Program-made: the position numbers and the translations under genes
IMG/VR virus record: IMGVR_UViG_3300034374_002820
Location: 1 to 53,271 of that record
DNA from: a virus
Taxonomy: Duplodnaviria > Caudoviricetes
DNA: 53,271 bases
Direction: 5' to 3' (one strand)
Shown: piece by piece, positions 9,795 through 18,551 of the stretch
Numbering within the stretch: the first letter of the stretch is position 1
Layout of the letters: every line of letters starts with the position of its first letter
Notes under the pieces: model-generated
Seen by the model: the letters and a program-made list of their open reading frames with translations, nothing else
What the model was told of the DNA's origin: nothing
Database searches by the model: none

Positions 9795-10541
9795 TTAATA
9801 GAGTAATCTTTGTGGACCCAGATTATCAAACTCGTTTACCCATGCCTGAGAAAATGGACAAGTCCTGTATTGTGGGAACCATGGACCACCCTCGGTATAG
9901 TGGATGGCCTTTGGTGTGACGCCCTCATTTTCATCCCCAATAAAATTCCATTCGACCGGGATGTCTCCGATCAGGTCTGGGGAAGACAGCCAACCAAACT
10001 GATGTAGATGTGAGCCCATGGATGTGTTCACGGTCATAACATCTAGTTTATTATTTTCGGGGTGGCCTATGTTGAAGATCATCAGACTGCTCCAAAGTTT
10101 CATATTGTAAGCCGACTGAATCCTGCCGTCCATCTTCACTAAGGACTTCGGCTTGTAGTCATGCTTGACGACCGAGACCGCTTTGGTATCGTCGAAGTGA
10201 TCCGAGATCATTTCTTGAATATCACCCAGAAACAGAAAATCACAATCGACAAAAACAACAGGTCCTTCAGATATTCCATTTCGTCTGGCAAGCTCGGGTA
10301 CAAGGAACCGTGTAAAAGCAAACTCTGTAGAGAAAGGTCGTCCGTCGATTTCATCCCAGTAGTCTCCTTTCTCATCAACCCTCCATGTGCGCCAAAACTT
10401 CTTAGCATCTCGAAGTTCTTGGTGTCGTAGCGGGATGATATCTTTCTCACTCAGACCCGGGGAGTTTCTAAGGATAGAAGCGTGGCATACACGGTACACC
10501 ACGTCTTCTCGGTTGTCATAACCGACAAATATTTTTGTCAT
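9795..10541 (-). CDS. Glycosyltransferase (GT-A fold, GT8-like)
   Basis: IFVGYD.RE, STEFAFTRFLVP, FVDCDFL (DxD), WSSLMIFN, HYTEGGPWF motifs. Confidence 0.85.
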   Translation of the reverse strand: MTKIFVGYDNREDVVYRVCHASILRNSPGLSEKDIIPLRHQELRDAKKFWRTWRVDEKGDYWDEIDGRPFSTEFAFTRFLVPELARRNGISEGPVVFVDCDFLFLGDIQEMISDHFDDTKAVSVVKHDYKPKSLVKMDGRIQSAYNMKLWSSLMIFNIGHPENNKLDVMTVNTSMGSHLHQFGWLSSPDLIGDIPVEWNFIGDENEGVTPKAIHYTEGGPWFPQYRTCPFSQAWVNEFDNLGPQRLLY

Positions 10542-10550
10542 TGTAGTACT

Positions 10551-10799
10551 TTACCAGTTTAAAAAGGATGGATGAATTCTGGGTCTAAAGTTATGGCGAA
10601 CTTCTAAGACAGCGCCTTTTTCTTTATACAGGATATTAAGATAAGACTGCCAAAGTTCTCTGGCATTCTCTGCCGCTACTTCGTAGCTGTTGTAGGCCCG
10701 GTCGCTTTCAGACATTGTGAGGTCATGTAGTTCTTCCTGACGCTTCCGAATCTCTTCGGAAAGTTCTTCAACTCTTTTTGTTTTATCTTCGGTAGTCAT
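10551..10799 (-). CDS. Hypothetical coiled-coil protein
   Basis: 82-aa ORF in operon orientation with AGGAG RBS. Confidence 0.65.
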   Translation of the reverse strand: MTTEDKTKRVEELSEEIRKRQEELHDLTMSESDRAYNSYEVAAENARELWQSYLNILYKEKGAVLEVRHNFRPRIHPSFLNW

Positions 10800-10813
10800 A
10801 TATATATATACTC

Positions 10814-11242
10814 CTAATATAATTGTGCTTGATTGGTTTGTATATGGTAAAAGGTTTCCCCTTTGTCAAGGTATCTATTACTAGCTTCCTTAACTTCTGA
10901 AGACCTCACCACATCTGAAGGGATCTTCCAGAAGTTACTACCGTCTGAGGAGACGACATAGAACGTCAGATGATCTTCGCTGTACTTATCAAGCAGTCTC
11001 TTCTTCCTCGATGGAATACGAATCTCTGACCAATGATCTGGCCACTTACCCTTCCATGAGTACTTCATCTCGGCCTCATGAAAGAAACTCTCCCCGTCCT
11101 TGGTTGTCTCTATATCTGCATAGTAATTTTCTTTGCTGTTGACAATCGAGTGACCCTCTTTTTTCAGGTAAGTACTGATGATATCTTTTGCGGTTTTGTC
11201 TGCCATGTTATACAGGCTCCGTGAGAATTTCTTTTTTAGCAT
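10814..11242 (-). CDS. Putative PD-(D/E)XK nuclease-like protein
   Basis: YYADIE...HEAEMK resembles the D..ExK catalytic motif; coupled to the RNR stop. Confidence 0.55.
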   Translation of the reverse strand: MLKKKFSRSLYNMADKTAKDIISTYLKKEGHSIVNSKENYYADIETTKDGESFFHEAEMKYSWKGKWPDHWSEIRIPSRKKRLLDKYSEDHLTFYVVSSDGSNFWKIPSDVVRSSEVKEASNRYLDKGETFYHIQTNQAQLY

Positions 11243-13146
11243 CAGAGGATCTCACAGACGCCACCGGCACAGGCAAGCTCTTGTGATGCGACAGTGTTAT
11301 CCTCTTTCTCATACGTGGATAGTCCTGTCCAATCGATATCCTTGGGCATAGTCATAAGCATTTCCTTATACTGCTGTTCGTTGATATCGGTGTACGGTGC
11401 TTGTTGATAGACATGGTCATCATTATTTAGAAATGCAATGCCTGATAGGTAATGAAAGTTATCATGAAGCCACGCCCCTACCTCAAGCCATTCATGTTCT
11501 TTTATCGAGACCGTAATTGAAGGCTTATGCTCACACCAAGTTGTGGCATAAATCTTCCAAAACTTTAGCTGTTGCAGCGCAGTCTTATCCGTTCGACAAA
11601 TTGCATTTTCTGGCGCAGCCACCGGGAAAGAGAAGATAACATTCTGTGAATTACTTAGATCTACCTCGTTTGGAAAGCCAGCATTGATCATAAATGTTGT
11701 AAGCGGGTCTTTAATGTCAGAGCGGACAGTGCGTATATAGTAAGGACTATGACGGGCATGAATACCACTAGAACTATTAACAAGCTGAGAGACAGTACCA
11801 CTAGGTTTAACACAAGTGATCGCTGCACTAGGATTAATGCCCAGTAGATCAGCGTATTCACGATTGACTTCAACTGCGTAGTCACGTAGGTCATTCAGAA
11901 GTTCTTCCAGATTAGGGTTCTCTTCGGTCAAGAGCGGGCAATCTAAAATCCCAGTCAGGGAAACACCAAGAAGCCTTTCTTCCTCTGTATTTTTAGTCCA
12001 GATTTTTCTGAGGTATTTGAAATTAGTAAGCGTGGACTGCATAGTGCCAAGGATTGTTGCGGCCTTGATCTTATCCATCAAGGTTTCTTTCGTATCAGAG
12101 GGACGGCAGACAACCTCTGTCAAATTACAGAATTGATTTGGCCTGAGAATAATCTCGGAGCATGGGTTTGTCCCGAACTCGTGATCAGGATCACGGCGAC
12201 CGATTTTCCTGACATGATCTTTTGCTGCTTGTCTATTGAAGATACCCCGCTCCCCATTCTTAGACATGTAGAGAGCCAGCCACTCTTCCATGAAGACACC
12301 AATATTATCTGGCTTCTCGGTATAGCATACCGAATTATTAGCCAAGGCCCTTTGTGGATTTGCCTTGTACCACTCACCTGCTTTTGCATTTCTCATACGC
12401 AGGTCAGATAGATTAGACAGGGAGATAAGGGCTGACCTACGAACACCGCCGACAACAACCACATCTCCGATCTTGCACATGATGTCATGACACTGAAGGC
12501 TGTTAAGTTTACGCCCCGCTGCGTCTTTGAACGTGTCAACAGTGAACCTGAACAGGTCTTCAAGAGGCTCTGGTCCCGAGGCTCGACCACCAAATACTTT
12601 GAGCAAGGCCCCAGCAGGTCTGACCTTATCCATGTTCCACTGTGGGATAGACCCCTGATACAGGGACCCGATCAGTTCACGAAAACCTCTGGCCCATCCT
12701 TCTTTTGAATCTCCTACATTAATAACTGAGTCTGAATATTCCAAGGTGTCGGAGACAGCGGGTAGCTTATTAATGTAATCTCGTTCGACCGAGAACCCGA
12801 CCCCTGTCCCGTTCATCAGGATATAGAGACACTCATCAAAAGCCCGTGGATGATCGACCGGGAGATACGAGCAGTTATATCCTGCCACATTCTCTCTCTT
12901 CAATGCAGGGCCAGCGGTCATCAGGCATCGCATCGATGGCATGACCTCCAGACTCAGAACCTTGTTTTCCATATACTCTCGGAGTTCTGAGTTAACGATG
13001 TCTGGTCCAGTATGTTCCTCAAAAAAGTCAAAGTATCTGGACACTGTCTCTGGAAAAGTCTCTCGACGTTCCTCGTTCTTATCCCATCGTGAATAACGAG
13101 ATAGGTGAATATATTGTTGATAGGGTGTAGGCAGGTGGTTAGTCAT
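11242..13146 (-). CDS. nrdJ: Class II (adenosylcobalamin-dependent) ribonucleotide reductase
   Basis: MPSMR, YNCS, GGVRRSA, TNPCSEI, CNLTE, TCVKPSGT and C-terminal CAGGVCE; no small-subunit gene. Confidence 0.93.
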   Translation of the reverse strand: MTNHLPTPYQQYIHLSRYSRWDKNEERRETFPETVSRYFDFFEEHTGPDIVNSELREYMENKVLSLEVMPSMRCLMTAGPALKRENVAGYNCSYLPVDHPRAFDECLYILMNGTGVGFSVERDYINKLPAVSDTLEYSDSVINVGDSKEGWARGFRELIGSLYQGSIPQWNMDKVRPAGALLKVFGGRASGPEPLEDLFRFTVDTFKDAAGRKLNSLQCHDIMCKIGDVVVVGGVRRSALISLSNLSDLRMRNAKAGEWYKANPQRALANNSVCYTEKPDNIGVFMEEWLALYMSKNGERGIFNRQAAKDHVRKIGRRDPDHEFGTNPCSEIILRPNQFCNLTEVVCRPSDTKETLMDKIKAATILGTMQSTLTNFKYLRKIWTKNTEEERLLGVSLTGILDCPLLTEENPNLEELLNDLRDYAVEVNREYADLLGINPSAAITCVKPSGTVSQLVNSSSGIHARHSPYYIRTVRSDIKDPLTTFMINAGFPNEVDLSNSQNVIFSFPVAAPENAICRTDKTALQQLKFWKIYATTWCEHKPSITVSIKEHEWLEVGAWLHDNFHYLSGIAFLNNDDHVYQQAPYTDINEQQYKEMLMTMPKDIDWTGLSTYEKEDNTVASQELACAGGVCEIL

Positions 13147-13147
13147 G

Positions 13148-13351
13148 TTATTGGTCCTTTACTGTTACTAGGTTGATATTAGATCTGACTTGGTAATACT
13201 TGTTGTCATCAGAGCCAAGCGTAAAGGTCTCCACAAAAACTTCCGGATCATTACCTCTGTCTCTCCAGTATTTTCTAATAGCCCGTGCCAGCCTAAGACT
13301 GTTACTGTAACTACCAAGATAGTCTGGAATTTTTCTGTTGATTTCTAGCAT
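13148..13351 (-). CDS. Hypothetical protein
   Basis: 67-aa ORF tightly packed in operon orientation. Confidence 0.6.
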   Translation of the reverse strand: MLEINRKIPDYLGSYSNSLRLARAIRKYWRDRGNDPEVFVETFTLGSDDNKYYQVRSNINLVTVKDQ

Positions 13352-13376
13352 GGCTGAACCCTTATCCTATCACATA

Positions 13377-13796
13377 TCATGGCAAGCGCAACGAGAATTC
13401 AAGTTTGTCCTTTAACCTTTTTACCTCGGCTTGCAGGCTTTCAATTTGCACAGTCTGGTCATTTAGTTTAGAGCGCATCTTGGTCCCACCGAGTAAGTTC
13501 TTTTCAAGGCGTCCATTGAGTTTATCCAAATTGAGCCTTGCCACATCCCCGAGACTAAGATCCATATCAGAGCATAGAGCAGAGACATACCACAGCACGT
13601 CACCAATCTCCCCGGCAAGATCATCTTTAATCTCATTTAGCTTAACATCACCCCGTGTGATCTTCTTGATCTTGTTGCAAACTTCTCCAGCCTCTCCGGC
13701 CAGACCCATGGCAGGGTACACTACCTTGGCATCATCTGGGTAAACGGCAGTCTTCTTCGCCGCTGCCTGATACACATTAAAATTCAATTCAATCAT
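13377..13796 (-). CDS. mazG: MazG-like NTP pyrophosphohydrolase
   Basis: YPAMGLAGEAGEV...KK..R and EIGDVLWY motifs. Confidence 0.88.
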   Translation of the reverse strand: MIELNFNVYQAAAKKTAVYPDDAKVVYPAMGLAGEAGEVCNKIKKITRGDVKLNEIKDDLAGEIGDVLWYVSALCSDMDLSLGDVARLNLDKLNGRLEKNLLGGTKMRSKLNDQTVQIESLQAEVKRLKDKLEFSLRLP

Positions 13797-14014
13797 TGTG
13801 TATGTCCAATCAATTTAGTTAGGTACCACTGAGCTTTCTGAAGATCTGTTACGCCGCCTTTGTTTTTATAACGGAACAAATACTTTAGGATGTTTCCCCG
13901 GAGATATCCACAGAATTCTTCTTGGGTCAGTTGGTCTTCAAGAATATCAATAACTTCGAGCTTACCAGTTTTGTAGTGTGGGGGGCTGTTGACCATGTCA
14001 ATTTTATCAGACAT
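13793..14014 (-). CDS. DUF3310 / T7 gp1.7-like protein
   Basis: DMVNSPPHY...GNILKY.FR...K....DLQKA.WYL signature. Confidence 0.85.
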   Translation of the reverse strand: MSDKIDMVNSPPHYKTGKLEVIDILEDQLTQEEFCGYLRGNILKYLFRYKNKGGVTDLQKAQWYLTKLIGHTQ

Positions 14015-14284
14015 CTATTGGAACCAAGTTACGGAGTCATTAGTATCTGAGTTAGATACACTCTCCAAAAAGATAGCTTCGTCACTATCAATAGAAGGAT
14101 CATAGGCAGTGCCAATTCTCAGACATACGACTTTCCTATAGTCGAGATCCTTATAAACTTCATTGTACTCTGCTGCGGTTTGTTCACAGAGTTCTTTACT
14201 ATCCCCAAAATAGATGGGGGTACTACTGATACCCGGACCCACTACAAAAGCAAATACTGTGATAGCTACATAATATAATCCCAT
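14015..14284 (-). CDS. Hypothetical exported/membrane-anchored protein
   Basis: Hydrophobic N-terminus, two Cys, AGGAG RBS. Confidence 0.6.
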   Translation of the reverse strand: MGLYYVAITVFAFVVGPGISSTPIYFGDSKELCEQTAAEYNEVYKDLDYRKVVCLRIGTAYDPSIDSDEAIFLESVSNSDTNDSVTWFQ

Positions 14285-14297
14285 AGTTTTAATCTCC

Positions 14298-14690
14298 TTA
14301 TGGTGTTGTTGTGTTTATCGCTGTGTCAAGTAGCGCATTGATTCGGAATCTTTCAAACGGTTGACCGTGGAACAGAACATTCGTGGACAACCTTATCACC
14401 TGACTTTCCGAGATACCTGCGTACTCACAGACACACTCTCGATCCTCTGCTGTAACGCAGGCAGACACCACTGTCAACCATCGTGTAGCAGCACGACGAT
14501 ATTCACAGATAGCTTCCGAATCAGAAGACCGAGGTTCCTTGGTGGCGTCGAGAATAGCTTGGGCAATAACAGCAAGCCACATTAACCGTTCTGCACTCCA
14601 ATCATTATCTGAAGTGCGGAGCATCTCATACGTCACATAATCTAGATCGACATCCGAGGATGTAGATTCTTGGTATTCTGATTCGGTCAC
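14298..14690 (-). CDS. Conserved phage hypothetical protein (start uncertain)
   Basis: ERLMWLAVIAQAILDA...VCEYAG motif; start placed at GTG 14690 to avoid overlap with the upstream HTH gene. Confidence 0.6.
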   Translation of the reverse strand: MTESEYQESTSSDVDLDYVTYEMLRTSDNDWSAERLMWLAVIAQAILDATKEPRSSDSEAICEYRRAATRWLTVVSACVTAEDRECVCEYAGISESQVIRLSTNVLFHGQPFERFRINALLDTAINTTTP

Positions 14691-14697
14691 CAATATA

Positions 14698-14898
14698 CTA
14701 AGTCTTCCAGTAGCGTGTGTAAATTTTATTATTAACTGGATTAACTTTCTTCTCAGTAATGATGTCAACGCCCTTACGGCGGAGCTTATAGATCGCATCT
14801 CGGAGAGACACGATCCCATAATCTAGGAGGGCTTCTCTGGTAGAGATATGACCAACATCATCAAGGTGCTGTTCAATATTCGTGATCTTATTTGTCAT
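14698..14898 (-). CDS. Small winged helix-turn-helix protein (HTH_39-like)
   Basis: GHISTREA...YGI.SLRDAIYKLRRKG.DI.T...Y pattern. Confidence 0.75.
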   Translation of the reverse strand: MTNKITNIEQHLDDVGHISTREALLDYGIVSLRDAIYKLRRKGVDIITEKKVNPVNNKIYTRYWKT

Positions 14899-14922
14899 TC
14901 CTTGTCTCCATCTTTCTTATGT

Positions 14923-15576
14923 TTAGAAGTCTTCTATAATTTTTTCTAGCTTTTCATTTAGATCGTGGCATACTTCTTTAGGTATGAATTTAATACCACC
15001 GATCTGTCTGTTATAGTACTCCCGTTCTTCCTGACTGTCTAGTTTATTTGTCAGGACATCGAGTTTATGCTGAGCGTTTGCTTCTGCGTATGTCAGTCCT
15101 CCTCTTGTCTCATACTGGTGGATGATTACAAACCTGAAGTTAGTAAGACCGTAGTCTTTAATAGCTTGGTGGAGATATTTTGACGAACCTTTATAAGTCT
15201 TCCAGTCCGTATAACCTACGGCTTTCTTCTTGGAATATCTTTTGAATTGTTTTCGTCCAATATATTTCTGTTTTGTTTTGTTATTGTAGACGATGTAAAG
15301 AAAACCAAAGAACCGCTTAGGGTCTAGGTCTTCTTCAAAAGAAACTTCCCACGGCGTCAGTGTAATACTTTGGCTTGTCGTTCCAGCCTTTTTCTTCGAA
15401 GAGCCCCTCGCCGTTGTTCGAGTCCGCCCAACACGTATGTTTGAAATCGCAGTAGACACATCCTGATCTAAGATACTGTCGTCCGTCCTTCTTGGCCGTG
15501 ACCGGGGTAAAGCATCTTTCCGGGGGTTCTTCCTTGCTGATGATTTCCTTGGCTTCGGCGATCCTTTCTTTGGCAT
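14923..15576 (-). CDS. GIY-YIG family nuclease (true start uncertain, probably near 15360)
   Basis: GFLYIVYN...KYIGRKQF, W..YKGSS, E...Q and YYN motifs; the first ~70 codons overlap the exonuclease gene. Confidence 0.75.
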   Translation of the reverse strand: MPKKGSPKPRKSSARKNPRKDALPRSRPRRTDDSILDQDVSTAISNIRVGRTRTTARGSSKKKAGTTSQSITLTPWEVSFEEDLDPKRFFGFLYIVYNNKTKQKYIGRKQFKRYSKKKAVGYTDWKTYKGSSKYLHQAIKDYGLTNFRFVIIHQYETRGGLTYAEANAQHKLDVLTNKLDSQEEREYYNRQIGGIKFIPKEVCHDLNEKLEKIIEDF

Positions 15577-16174
15577 CTGGCATTTCCATGTCAGTGACTG
15601 GCATATAACAAATCTCTCCAGTCACTTTGTTAATAGCAAGAAACCCGCCCTCATGTGCATTGTCAGCCTGAACGTAAGCACCTAGCTGCTGCATATATCC
15701 GAATGGATCGTCTTGTAAATCTCCTTTTTTAAATTTCTGAAATCCAAAGTCAGACGCACTCTTTGCGTCAACGATGATACCATCAATCTTACAGTCGATG
15801 TGTCCTTTGACACCGTCAATTTCATATTCTCTTTGCTGGTCCGTGACGGTATGTCCGGCGGTCTTGACTAAAAGAAGAAGCAGGGATTCGAGTAGATGAC
15901 CATAAGTGAATTTAAGTAATGTGTCATAAGGCAAAGAACTCTCGGCACTTTTCATATGTGCCATGTACCATAACTGTCTGTTCTTTTTGCCAAGAGAAGA
16001 GAAGCGGAGGGTACTTTTCTCTTTCTCTTTTTCCGAATCCCTGCGTTCTTCGAATAGGCCAGTGACCGTTTCACGTACTTCGTCAAGGAAATCATCCATG
16101 TCTTTTGCAGAAGGAGAAGACTCACCAGATTCAATGGTTTTTTGAATGTTCTTTACGATGTTGTGAAGTGTCAC
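15335..16174 (-). CDS. PD-(D/E)XK (Cas4-like) phage exonuclease
   Basis: GHIDCKIDG..VDAKSAS, YMQQLGAY, C-terminal CVYCDFKHTCW. Confidence 0.85.
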   Translation of the reverse strand: MTLHNIVKNIQKTIESGESSPSAKDMDDFLDEVRETVTGLFEERRDSEKEKEKSTLRFSSLGKKNRQLWYMAHMKSAESSLPYDTLLKFTYGHLLESLLLLLVKTAGHTVTDQQREYEIDGVKGHIDCKIDGIIVDAKSASDFGFQKFKKGDLQDDPFGYMQQLGAYVQADNAHEGGFLAINKVTGEICYMPVTDMEMPDAKERIAEAKEIISKEEPPERCFTPVTAKKDGRQYLRSGCVYCDFKHTCWADSNNGEGLFEEKGWNDKPKYYTDAVGSFF

Positions 16175-16185
16175 TGACCTAAACC

Positions 16186-16722
16186 TCAGAAGGGCAAGTC
16201 GTCATCTAGATCAGCATTTGATCCCGAGACTTCTGAGCTAGGCGCTACGAATCCATCTTCTTCATCGAACCCATCAGAGCCACCATCATATTCAACAAGA
16301 TTAATAATCTGAACCTTATCGATAGAGAACCCCCACTTGTTCCACTTCGACATGAAGAACCGGGACACAAGAACCTTTACATCCGTTCCCCATCCAATGC
16401 TACTAAGGATGTCATCAGAAACTCTATGCTTCTTAGCATCAACTACAATAGGTGCTTGATTCTCTTCACCCTTTGCGTTCCTCACATTCTTATGCAGAGA
16501 CACAAACGGATTATCCATAATAGCTGTTGGCTCTTTTAGCGTCATGTTATTATTCAGGGCAAGTTCCTGCATGTCCTCTTCCAGAGACAGAGCCATTCCC
16601 CAGCGTGGAGTATAAGCTGTGTCAGGAAAGTCGGGATGTAGGTGACCGTAAAACAATTTACCCGAGAGAACGAAACGTGATGGTGAAGTATCTTGTGTAG
16701 TAGCAACTGTCTTCTTTGTCAT
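16186..16722 (-). CDS. Single-stranded DNA-binding protein (T7 gp2.5-like)
   Basis: IG.GT.V.V and VQIINLVEY motifs; acidic tail ending DLDDDLPF; sits between polymerase and exonuclease. Confidence 0.8.
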   Translation of the reverse strand: MTKKTVATTQDTSPSRFVLSGKLFYGHLHPDFPDTAYTPRWGMALSLEEDMQELALNNNMTLKEPTAIMDNPFVSLHKNVRNAKGEENQAPIVVDAKKHRVSDDILSSIGWGTDVKVLVSRFFMSKWNKWGFSIDKVQIINLVEYDGGSDGFDEEDGFVAPSSEVSGSNADLDDDLPF

Positions 16723-16841
16723 AGTTTATATGTTCCTTTATGTGTGTGTGTATCTATCTAGCTAGGTATCCGGGTTCTCCCGGCCTACCCTCTAGGTGGG
16801 GATGGGCCGACGGGTCGTCAACCCTCGACCCGAGAAAATTT

Positions 16842-18551
16842 TCAGTGGGTCTCTGCCCAGCTTTCGCCAATTACAACAGAACAATTTAGGTCACAATTAA
16901 ACCCAAGAATTGTTTTGGTCTTCTTGATAGAAGCATGGACGGCATCAGTTAGTTCATCAGTATCCTTTCTGTTAACTTCGAATTGGATTTCATCATGGAT
17001 GTTGGCAACAGGAACTGCACGAATTCTTTTTTGTTTAATTACCCTGTCAATCTGAACCAACCATGTTTTACATATGATAGCCCCAGCACCTTGGAGTAAA
17101 TAGTTTAGAGCAGTATGGGGAAACTGAACTGGTATACGTCGTCCATCCAACGCTGTTATATATCCACGTTGAACCTCTCGTTCTACCTTTGACTTCAGGG
17201 TCTGAAGTTTTGGTAAGGATGTCATGAAAGTATCTATCATAGTCTTACCTTCTCGTGATCCTCCCCCCACAATCTGACCAATCTTTGCAGGACCTGCCCC
17301 ATAAATCAAAGCGTAAATAAATGTCTTGGCCTGATCTCTGGTATCAAGTCCTGCTTTGTTCTGATTGAATGTATGGATGTCACCATCTAAAACTTCCCGT
17401 GTAAATTCTGGATCATTCATGTAATGAGCAAGGCATCGAAGCTCAAGCCCTTCTGCATCAGTGCCGAGCAACATGTTGTTCACCCGGTCCTTTGGAACCC
17501 AGAGGCTCCGGCATCTATCGCCATACACGGCTCTCACAGAGGGCACCTGAGCCATGTTAGGATTGTTATGTGTCATCCGTCCTGTGACTGTGCCCAGTGT
17601 CCTGACACTACCGTGAACCATGTTATCTTCATCAGCAGCAGCAATCCATGACTGAACTTGAGCTTTCCTTTTTTGTAGTGTCAGGTAGTCTACCATCTTC
17701 AAAGCCTCGGGACTGCCTATATCTTTCAGGATTGTCTCATCAATCTTTGGTTGTCCGGTTGGTGTGAACTCTTTCGGCTCCCACCCAAACTTATTAATTA
17801 AACGGTCACCAATTTGCTGACGGCTCCCCGGATTAAAGGGGATGATCTTTGTCTTTGTCTTCATCTGGATCGTGGTAGGTTCAAAGATATCCTGAAGTTC
17901 TTTTTCTGCAATGTTAAGGCTATCTTCAAGAAAAGCGTAGAAGATCATGGCCTCTGGCATATCAAGACAGAAGCCATGATCTTTTTGTTTGTCTATGATG
18001 TGTCTAACATGACGTTCCATTTGCAAAACATTCTCAAGTATATCTTTGTTGTTACGCAGGGTCATCCATACTTTTGCATTTACCGAAACATCTTGTACAC
18101 AATACTCAATCATCTTTTCAGTAAGGCCCCCGGCAAAGTCAGTGAACTCCTGCTTTGGAAAGTTAAGTATCTTACCCCAGTTTTTCAGGGAGTTACCGCC
18201 TTCTCTTCTCGGGTCAGCAATCTGAGACATCAGCAGAGTATCCTCGGCCTGATGCTCGATCTGTATGTCCATCCTTAATAGTCTGTTGATAATTGGGATA
18301 TCAAAACTGATGATATTATGGCCCACAAAAATAGTATTGTGTTTACCCAAGAATCTTTTCCTGAAATCGTTGAGGCTTGGGTAGCCGAAGCCCCCACCAT
18401 AGGTGAAGACCTCGGGAATTCCAAAGCTGACTTCCTGTACCCCAGAAAACTCAGACACCTTTTGAATTACAACACAGTAAATCTTTGTTGCGTCTAGGGC
18501 ATCCGTCTCGATATCAAGGATATATTTATTACCATAGGGGTTTTTCTGCAT
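16842..18551 (-). CDS. polA: DNA polymerase, family A (T7-like, with 3'-5' exonuclease)
   Basis: DIETD, GHNIISFD, YCVQDV exonuclease motifs; TGRMTH..PN, DAEGLELR, RDQAKTFIYALIYG (Tyr at the position equivalent to E. coli 762, as in T7), NIHDE. Confidence 0.95.
   Translation of the reverse strand: MQKNPYGNKYILDIETDALDATKIYCVVIQKVSEFSGVQEVSFGIPEVFTYGGGFGYPSLNDFRKRFLGKHNTIFVGHNIISFDIPIINRLLRMDIQIEHQAEDTLLMSQIADPRREGGNSLKNWGKILNFPKQEFTDFAGGLTEKMIEYCVQDVSVNAKVWMTLRNNKDILENVLQMERHVRHIIDKQKDHGFCLDMPEAMIFYAFLEDSLNIAEKELQDIFEPTTIQMKTKTKIIPFNPGSRQQIGDRLINKFGWEPKEFTPTGQPKIDETILKDIGSPEALKMVDYLTLQKRKAQVQSWIAAADEDNMVHGSVRTLGTVTGRMTHNNPNMAQVPSVRAVYGDRCRSLWVPKDRVNNMLLGTDAEGLELRCLAHYMNDPEFTREVLDGDIHTFNQNKAGLDTRDQAKTFIYALIYGAGPAKIGQIVGGGSREGKTMIDTFMTSLPKLQTLKSKVEREVQRGYITALDGRRIPVQFPHTALNYLLQGAGAIICKTWLVQIDRVIKQKRIRAVPVANIHDEIQFEVNRKDTDELTDAVHASIKKTKTILGFNCDLNCSVVIGESWAETH

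Noticed and set aside
14923-15360. Intron-encoded homing endonuclease
   Set aside because: Neighbouring genes are uninterrupted and no group I intron structure is evident.
15335-16174. Cas4 as evidence of a CRISPR system
   Set aside because: Stand-alone Cas4-like exonucleases are routine in phage replication modules; it sits beside SSB and polymerase.
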